From: an uncultured Desulfobacteraceae bacterium
Lineage (GTDB): Bacteria > Desulfobacterota > Desulfobacteria > Desulfobacterales > JALSRD01
Reading direction: 5' to 3'
Length of the DNA: 64,000 nucleotides
NCBI GenBank assembly: GCA_964476595.1
Contig: CAYZCL010000108.1
Location: forward strand, 214-64,213
Shown here: in pieces, positions 56,140 through 64,000 of the stretch
How positions within the stretch are numbered: position 1 is the stretch's first letter
Layout: every line of letters starts with the position of its first letter
Made by a program: the position numbers and the translations under genes
The notes under the pieces: generated by a model
Database searches by the model: none
Told to the model about the DNA's origin: nothing
The model's input: only the letters and a program-made list of their open reading frames with translations

Positions 56140-56955
56140 TCACAATCCTACAAGGGTACGGAACAGATAGGTCGCCGGCGCCACGAAAAGCAGAGCGTCG
56201 ATGCGGTCCAGGATGCCCCCGTGGCCGGGCAGCAGCCGCCCGGAGTCCTTGACCCCCGAGGTGCGCTTGAGAATCGACTCGAACAGGTCGCCCAGCTGCC
56301 CCAGGGCCGCGGCCGCGGCGCAGAAGAGCAGGACCTCGGGCCACGGCACGCCGGGCAGGCCCAGCAGTTTGACGAGTGCCCCGGCCGCCACGGAGCCGCC
56401 CACGCCGCCCAGCGCCCCGGCCACGGTCTTTCCGGGGCTGACGTTGGGTCGCAGCTTGCGACGGCCCCAGCGGCGCCCTGCGTAGAAGGCGGCCGTGTCA
56501 CCGGCGAAGGACACCGCCAGCACCAGGAACACCCAGGCCGCCCCGCGGTCGCCGGTTCGGTAGAGCAGCACCAAGCAGGCCAGCGACAGGGGCACGTAGA
56601 CCACACCGCAGACCTGGCGCACCACCAGCGAGACGGCCGGGAAACCTTCCCGGAAACGAAAAACGAGAAACAGCGCGCAGGCCGCCAGGTCGAGGAACAG
56701 GATCCCCGGGATGACGGTCGTCGCGCGCTGGTAGGCCGCCCACACGAGCCCCGCGGCGGCCGTCGCGGCCAGGGCCAGCAGCACGCGCACGTCGGTGTCG
56801 AAGCCCTCGGCGAAAACGATGCGGAAATACTCCCACAGGCCCAGCAGAGCCACCAGGCCGGCCAGCAGGGCCAGCAGAAACGGGGGGCCGAAGGCGATCA
56901 TCGCCAACAGCGGCGGCAGCAGGACGATTCCGGTGATCCAGCGGTTGCGGTGCAT
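56140..56955 (-). CDS. cdsA: Phosphatidate cytidylyltransferase
   Basis: GDTAAFYAGRRWG, VSPGKT, GDLFESILKR..VKDSG..PGHGGILDRID. Confidence 0.93.
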   Translation of the reverse strand: MHRNRWITGIVLLPPLLAMIAFGPPFLLALLAGLVALLGLWEYFRIVFAEGFDTDVRVLLALAATAAAGLVWAAYQRATTVIPGILFLDLAACALFLVFRFREGFPAVSLVVRQVCGVVYVPLSLACLVLLYRTGDRGAAWVFLVLAVSFAGDTAAFYAGRRWGRRKLRPNVSPGKTVAGALGGVGGSVAAGALVKLLGLPGVPWPEVLLFCAAAAALGQLGDLFESILKRTSGVKDSGRLLPGHGGILDRIDALLFVAPATYLFRTLVGL

Positions 56956-56966
56956 GCGGCACCTCC

Positions 56967-57716
56967 TCAGGAAGTCACCCGCCCGAAACGGCGGTCGCGC
57001 TTCTGGTACTCGCGGATGATGGCAAGATACTCCTCGCGGCTGAAGTCGGGCCACAGCGTCCGGGTGACGAAGATCTCGCTGTAGGCGATCTGCCAGAGCA
57101 GAAAGTTGCTCACGCGCATCTCCCCGCTGGTGCGGATCAGCAGGTCCGGGTCCGGCATGCCGCGGGTGTACAGGCGGTCGGCGACCACCTGCTGGGAGAC
57201 GTCCTCCGGTCGCAGCCGCCCGGCGGCCACGTCGGCGGCCACGGCGCGTACCATGGCGGTGATCTCGTCCCGGGCGCCGTAGCTCAGCGCCAGGTTGAGC
57301 AGCAGCCCGGTGTTTTCGCGGGTCACGTCCATGGTGTGGTCCACCGCCTGCCGGACGTCCTCGGGCAGGCGCTGCAGGTCACCGATGGCGTTGAAACGGA
57401 TGTTGTTCTCCAGCATGTCCGCCTTTTCGGACCGCAGGAAGCGCTTGAGCAGCGTCATGAGGGCCGAGATCTCGGTCTGGGGACGCTGCCAGTTTTCGGA
57501 GGAAAAGGCGTAGAGGGTCAACACCGGGATGCCGATCTCGCGGCTGGTGCGCACCACCATGCGCACGGTCTCGGCGCCCTGCTCGTGCCCCTTGATGCGG
57601 TTCAGGAGGCGGGACTTGGCCCAGCGGCCGTTGCCGTCCATGATGACGGCGACGTGGGCCGGGAGCCGGTCGCCGTCAAGGTCGAAACGCTGCAGGACGG
57701 TTTCATTAGAATTCAA
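56967..57716 (-). CDS. uppS: Undecaprenyl diphosphate synthase
   Basis: HVAVIMDGNGRWA, YAFSSENW, PDLLIRTSGEMRVSNFLLWQ. Confidence 0.97.
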   Translation of the reverse strand: MNSNETVLQRFDLDGDRLPAHVAVIMDGNGRWAKSRLLNRIKGHEQGAETVRMVVRTSREIGIPVLTLYAFSSENWQRPQTEISALMTLLKRFLRSEKADMLENNIRFNAIGDLQRLPEDVRQAVDHTMDVTRENTGLLLNLALSYGARDEITAMVRAVAADVAAGRLRPEDVSQQVVADRLYTRGMPDPDLLIRTSGEMRVSNFLLWQIAYSEIFVTRTLWPDFSREEYLAIIREYQKRDRRFGRVTS

Positions 57717-58263
57717 GGATTTCCTTCTCTTTTTCCGCGTAGAGTTCGTCGATCATCTTGATGAACTCGTCGGTGATCTTCTGGACTTCGTCCTGCCCCC
57801 GGAAGGCGTCGTCCTCGGAGACGTCGCCGTCTTTTTTCAGGCTCTTGATCATCTCGTTGGCGTCGCGGCGGATGTTGCGGATGCCGATCTTGTGGTCCTC
57901 GGCGATCTTGTGCACCACCTTGACCAGCTGCTTGCGCCGCTCCTCGGTCAGCGGCGGCACCGAGATGCGGATCAGCTTGCCGTCGCTCGAAGGGGTCAGG
58001 CCCAGATCGGACTTCAGGATGGCCTTCTCGATCTCCTTGATGGCCGAGACGTCCCAGGGCTGGATCACGATCAGGCGGCTTTCGGGAACCGACAGGGTGG
58101 CCATCTGGTTGAGCGGGGTGGGCGTTCCGTAGTAGTCGGCGCGGATGCCGTCCAGCAGCGACAGCGAGGCACGGCCGGTGCGCACCCGGTTGAGTTCGTT
58201 CTTCAGCGACGCGATGGTCTTCTCCATACTCTGCCGGGTGTCGTCGTAAATCTCCTGGAGCAT
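57706..58263 (-). CDS. frr: Ribosome recycling factor
   Basis: RTGRAS, YYGTPTPL, PPLTEERR, IRNIRRD. Confidence 0.97.
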   Translation of the reverse strand: MLQEIYDDTRQSMEKTIASLKNELNRVRTGRASLSLLDGIRADYYGTPTPLNQMATLSVPESRLIVIQPWDVSAIKEIEKAILKSDLGLTPSSDGKLIRISVPPLTEERRKQLVKVVHKIAEDHKIGIRNIRRDANEMIKSLKKDGDVSEDDAFRGQDEVQKITDEFIKMIDELYAEKEKEILEF

Positions 58264-58295
58264 GATCTCTCCCCTCTTCTACGGTTGCGCGGTTA

Positions 58296-59009
58296 TCAGC
58301 CTTCGATGCGGGTGCCCACGTTTTCACCGCAGACCACCCGCCGGATGTTGTCCTTGACGTCCAGTTTGAAAACGGTCAGCGGCAGGTTGTTGTCCATGGC
58401 CAGGGAGATGGCGGTGGCGTCCATGACGCGCAGCCGGTTCTCCAGCACGTTCATGTAAGTCGTCTGGCGGATGAAGCGGGCCGACTTGTCCGTGACCGGG
58501 TCGGCGTCGTAGAGCCCGTCCACCTTGGTGGCCTTGAGCAGGATCTCGGCGTGGATCTCCTGCCCGCGCAGCACGGCCGCCGTGTCGGTGGTGAAGTACG
58601 GGTTGCCGGTGCCGGCGGCGAAGATCACCACGCGGCCGCGCTCCAGGTGGCGGATGGCGCGCCGCAGGATGTAGGGCTCGGCCACCTCGTGCATGGAGAT
58701 GGCGGTCAGCACGCGGGTCTGCATGCCCATCTTCTCCAGGGCGTCCTGCAGGGCCAGGCTGTTCATCACCGTGGCCAGCATGCCCATGTGATCGGCCGAG
58801 GCACGGTCCATGCCGTGGGCCGTGCCCACCATGCCGCGGAAGATGTTGCCGCCGCCCACCACAATGGCGATCTGAACGCCCAGGTCGTAGACCGAGCGCA
58901 CCTCTCCGGCCACGTAGCGGATCATCTCCACGCTGATGCCGTACTCCTGCTCGCCCATCAGGGCCTCGCCGCTGAGTTTGAGCAGTATGCGCTTGTATCG
59001 GGGCTTCAT
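58296..59009 (-). CDS. pyrH: Uridylate kinase
   Basis: [30 protein letters not shown]. Confidence 0.97.
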   Translation of the reverse strand: MKPRYKRILLKLSGEALMGEQEYGISVEMIRYVAGEVRSVYDLGVQIAIVVGGGNIFRGMVGTAHGMDRASADHMGMLATVMNSLALQDALEKMGMQTRVLTAISMHEVAEPYILRRAIRHLERGRVVIFAAGTGNPYFTTDTAAVLRGQEIHAEILLKATKVDGLYDADPVTDKSARFIRQTTYMNVLENRLRVMDATAISLAMDNNLPLTVFKLDVKDNIRRVVCGENVGTRIEG

Positions 59010-59018
59010 GAGGGGTGT

Positions 59019-59615
59019 CTACCCTCCGATCTGGAAGCGCGCGAACCGCTTGATGGTGATGTTCTCGCCGATCTTGGCGATCATCTCGTTGATCAGGTCG
59101 GCGACCGTCTTGTCGGGGTCCTTGACGTACTGCTGGTTGAGCAGGCAGTTCTCCTGGTAGAACTTCTTGAGCTTGCCCTCGGCGATCTTGTCGACGATGT
59201 TGTCGGGCTTGCCCATCTCCCGGGCCTGGCCGCGGTAGATTTCCATCTCCTTCTCGACGGTCTCGGCCGGCACGTCCTCGGCGGAGATGGCCAGCGGATT
59301 GGTGGCCGCGATGTGCATGGCCACGTTGCGGGCGAATTCCACGAAGTCCTCGTTCTTGGCCACGAAGTCCGTCTCGCAGGTCACCTCGACCAGCACGCCG
59401 ATCTTGCCGCCCATGTGGATGTAGGACTGGATGGTGCCCTCGGTCATGGCGCGGCCGGCGCGCTTCTGGGCGGTGGCCAGGCCCTTCTTGCGCAGGAACT
59501 CGACGGCCTTGTCCATGTCGCCGTCGCACTCTCCGAGGGCCTGCTTGCAGTCCATTATACCGGCGCCGGTTTTGGCGCGGAGCTGTTTGACCATTTCTGC
59601 ACTGATTGCCGTCAT
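59019..59615 (-). CDS. tsf: Elongation factor Ts (short, about 200 aa)
   Basis: VKQLRAKTGAGIMDCK, CETDFVAK, KIGENI. Confidence 0.97.
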   Translation of the reverse strand: MTAISAEMVKQLRAKTGAGIMDCKQALGECDGDMDKAVEFLRKKGLATAQKRAGRAMTEGTIQSYIHMGGKIGVLVEVTCETDFVAKNEDFVEFARNVAMHIAATNPLAISAEDVPAETVEKEMEIYRGQAREMGKPDNIVDKIAEGKLKKFYQENCLLNQQYVKDPDKTVADLINEMIAKIGENITIKRFARFQIGG

Positions 59616-59746
59616 AGCGTTGTCTCCTGGTGATGATACTGAAAGGCGTCCGCCTTCAGGTGTCTGGTTTGCGGCGCTTGCCGGTCCGGCAAGCGCGTCC
59701 CTGTGCACGTCGATCGGCGGGGGCGACGCCCCGCGATCGGTGTCGT

Positions 59747-60718
59747 CTATTCCGCCGGTTCGGCCGGTGTAGGTTCCTCGGCCGTTGCGGGCGCAGCCGG
59801 CGTACTCTCCTCGGCCGGGGCACCCTCTTCGGCAGGCGCCGCCGCCGGGGCACTGTCTTCGGCCGGCGCGGCGGCCGGTTCGCTGGTGGCCCGCTTGATG
59901 ATCTCGATCACCGGCCCCTCGGTGCCGTCGGAGATCACCTTGCGTTCGCCGGGCTTGAGGTCGGCGGCCGCGGCCACGGTCTCGCTCTTCTCCTCCTCGC
60001 CGCCCTTGTCCGCCAAGGCCTGCTGCTTCTCCTCGTAGCGCTGGCGGCCGTCGATGCAGGCATCGGCGATGCGCGAGGTGATCAGCCGGATGGAGCGGAT
60101 GGCGTCGTCGTTGCCGGGGATGATATAGTCGATCTCGTCCGGGTCGCAGTTGGTGTCCACGATGGCCACGATAGGGATGTTCAGGCGCCGCCCCTCGCGC
60201 ACGGCGATGGCCTCGTTCTTGGGGTCCACCACGAAGAGCGCCCCGGGAAGCCCCTTCATGTTGCGGATACCGCCCAGGTTGGCGTCCAGCTTGCGACGCT
60301 CCTTGGCCATCTTCAGGCGCTCCTTCTTGGGGTACATGTTGATGGAGCCGTCGAGCTCGATGCCGTTGAGGTAGTTGAGGCGGTCGATGCTCTTGCGGAT
60401 GGTCTGGAAGTTGGTCAGCATGCCGCCCAGCCAGCGGTTGTGCACGTAAAACATCTCGCAGCGGTTGGCTTCCTCATAGATCGACTCGCGGGCCTGTTTC
60501 TTGGTGCCCACGAACAGGATCGAGCCCCCGTTGGCCACCGTGTCGGCCACGAAATCGTAGGCCGTGCGGAACATGCGCACGGTTTTCTGCAGATCGATGA
60601 TGTAGATGCCGTTGCGGGCCCCGAAGATGTACGGTTTCATCTTGGGGTTCCAGCGGCGGGTCTGGTGCCCGAAGTGGACACCGGCTTCCAGCAGTTCTTT
60701 CATGGTGATGTAAGCCAT
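59747..60718 (-). CDS. rpsB: 30S ribosomal protein S2 with acidic Ala/Pro-rich tail
   Basis: [35 protein letters not shown]. Confidence 0.98.
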   Translation of the reverse strand: MAYITMKELLEAGVHFGHQTRRWNPKMKPYIFGARNGIYIIDLQKTVRMFRTAYDFVADTVANGGSILFVGTKKQARESIYEEANRCEMFYVHNRWLGGMLTNFQTIRKSIDRLNYLNGIELDGSINMYPKKERLKMAKERRKLDANLGGIRNMKGLPGALFVVDPKNEAIAVREGRRLNIPIVAIVDTNCDPDEIDYIIPGNDDAIRSIRLITSRIADACIDGRQRYEEKQQALADKGGEEEKSETVAAAADLKPGERKVISDGTEGPVIEIIKRATSEPAAAPAEDSAPAAAPAEEGAPAEESTPAAPATAEEPTPAEPAE

Positions 60719-60736
60719 TTCGTCTCCTTTTCTCTG

Positions 60737-60812
60737 GTTTTTTTCCTCCGCTCCCCTCATCCCGGCCCTTCCACCGTTTCCGGCACCGGAAAAGCGGTCC
60801 GGGAGCGTGCGA
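60737..60812 (-). promoter_or_regulatory. rpsB leader (S2 autoregulatory stem-loop)
   Basis: CGCTCCC..CCGG stem with GGTGC loop, closing GGGGAGCG then GGAGG-AAAA, resembling the conserved rpsB 5' UTR. Confidence 0.6.
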
Positions 60813-60932
60813 TTTATGGTAAACGGACTTCGTATCAGACCTTGGCGATGGGATCAACCGTTTTATTGATGTTTTTCCAAAATACCGGCGCGGGCGAATG
60901 GGTCGACGACCGGCGGCGCCCACCCGAACCGG

Positions 60933-61821
60933 TCACGGCACCGTGGCGGCCACTTTCAAGACGCGCCGATGTCCGCTGTAGTCCTTCAGAAAAGCCGGTT
61001 CGGCGTACCTCCCGGTCCGCCGGACGATGTCCGCCACGGCCGTGTGCTGCCCGGCGCCGATCTCCAGCAGCAGCCACCCGCCGGGCACGAGGTACGCCGG
61101 CGCCCGCGCCACGACTTCGCGGATGTCGGCCAGGCCGTCGGGGCCGCCGTCCAGGGCGCCGCGGGGCTCGTGGCGCCGGATCTCGACGGGCAGCGTCTCG
61201 ATATCGGCCGACGGGATGTAGGGCGGGTTGCAGACCACCAGGTCGAAAAGCGCGCGGCCCTCGGCCAGGGACCGGAACCAGTGCGAGCCGAAGAAGTACA
61301 CGGAGGTGTCTTTCAGGTGGCGGCGGGCGTTCCCGCGGGCCACGGCCAGGGCGCGCGGGCTGCGGTCGGCGGCGAAAAACAGGTGGCCGCCGGCATCGGC
61401 CGCCAGCGCCACCACCACGGCCCCGCTGCCGGTGCCCAGGTCCAGCACGCGGCGGCGCCGGCCGGACTCCCCGGGGGAGCGCAGCACCTCGAGGGCGGCT
61501 TCCACCAGGTGCTCGGTCTCGGGCCGCGGGATCAGCACGTCGGGTGTGACCGCCAGATCCTGGTTCCAGAAGGACCGCACCCCCAGGATGTATGCGGTGG
61601 GCTCCCCGGCGGTGCGCCGCCGGATGAGGGCCTTGAAGGCCGCCAGTTCCTCCGGCGAGAGGGGCTGGTCGAAACGCAGGTATAGGTCGATCTTGGCGAC
61701 GCCCAGGGCGTGGGCCAGCAGCAACTCGGCGGTGGTGCGGGGGGAGTCGATGTGCCGGTCGGTGAAATAGGCGGTGGTCCAGCGCAGGACGCTCAGGATG
61801 GTCCAGGCGGCCGGTTCGGTC

Positions 61822-61832
<11 letters not shown>
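60933..61832 (-). CDS. prmC: Release factor glutamine methyltransferase
   Basis: [28 protein letters not shown]. Confidence 0.96.
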
Positions 61833-62904
<1,072 letters not shown>

Positions 62905-63072
62905 GTCTGCTGCAGCTCCGGCGGGGCGGCCGCCCCGTCATTTCAGCCCCTGAAAAAAACCGGCCGGCCACGCGAAGGGTTCACGCGCGGCCGGCGGAAA
63001 GAAGCGGAGCGCCGGTTGCCGTCACGGGCCGGCGGCGCGGCCGCGGGCCTCCGTGGCCCCGGAAAGGGCGGA

Positions 63073-63300
63073 TCAGGACTCGGCCTGGTCCTGTTTCTTC
63101 TGAAATTTCTCGTATTTCTTGCGGAAACGCTCGATGCGCCCCGCAGTGTCCACCAGCTTCTGCTTGCCGGTGAAGAACGGGTGGCACTGGGAGCAGATTT
63201 CCACCCGAATGTCCTTTTTGGTCGATCCCACCTTCATGGTGTATCCGCAGGCGCACGTGATGGTGGTCTCTTCGTACGCCGGGTGAATGTCCGGTTTCAT
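63073..63300 (-). CDS. rpmE: 50S ribosomal protein L31 (Zn-binding type)
   Basis: [23 protein letters not shown]. Confidence 0.97.
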   Translation of the reverse strand: MKPDIHPAYEETTITCACGYTMKVGSTKKDIRVEICSQCHPFFTGKQKLVDTAGRIERFRKKYEKFQKKQDQAES

Positions 63301-63328
63301 CTCGCATCTCTCCTTGCTTTTGAGGCTG

Positions 63329-63373
63329 TCGGGTTTCGGGAACCGGCCGCCGGGTAGCCGTCCCGAAAGCCGA
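63329..63373. other. GC-rich hairpin between rho stop and rpmE
   Basis: TCGGGTTTCGGGA / TCCCGAAAGCCGA, 13 bp with one G-U on the plus strand; no U tract. Confidence 0.45.

Positions 63374-64000
<627 letters not shown>

Noticed and set aside
59019-59615. Short EF-Ts as a truncation
   Set aside because: EF-Ts of about 200 aa is a known natural form in several phyla; both termini are intact
59666-59698. GCGCTTGCCGG-T-CCGGCAAGCGC hairpin resembling the tRNA-Ala terminator stem, as a REP family
   Set aside because: Only two similar copies, each explained as a local terminator or intercistronic stabiliser

Overview
Core chromosomal window of a GC-rich bacterium (roughly 65-70% GC by eye). Gene order and protein style suggest Desulfobacterota, probably Desulfobacterales-like (inference). 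It holds about 55 real CDSs. Housekeeping blocks: maf-yggS-queH; an rpoH-led minus-strand run down to mutS and an amidase; dnaG-rpoD-tRNA-nif3-zinc ribbon-rnpB; hisB/hisA; rho-rpmE-prfA-prmC; rpsB-tsf-pyrH-frr-uppS-cdsA-rseP; purL-purQ. RNA genes: four tRNAs (Leu-TAA, Arg-TCT, CAT/Ile2-type, Ala-CGC) and RNase P RNA. I see no CRISPR array, transposase, integrase or prophage. The unexplained signal is mostly regulatory or in uncharacterised proteins: (1) three sigma-54 promoters with upstream repeats drive an RRSGxDRR-repeat microprotein, an 11-Cys rubredoxin-like microprotein and an SPFH/zinc-ribbon (YdjI/YdjG-like) pair; (2) a near-consensus sigma-28 promoter precedes an orphan GAF-PilB/GspE ATPase; (3) ten sigma-70 promoters with exact 17-nt spacers all lack the -7 T, and several look leaderless; (4) one promoter fires antisense through tRNA-Arg toward rpoH; (5) a stand-alone YcaO-TPR fusion converges on an atypical dynamin-like GTPase; (6) dxr is cleanly absent from its usual slot between cdsA and rseP. 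All product calls come from motif recognition by eye, with no database searches.
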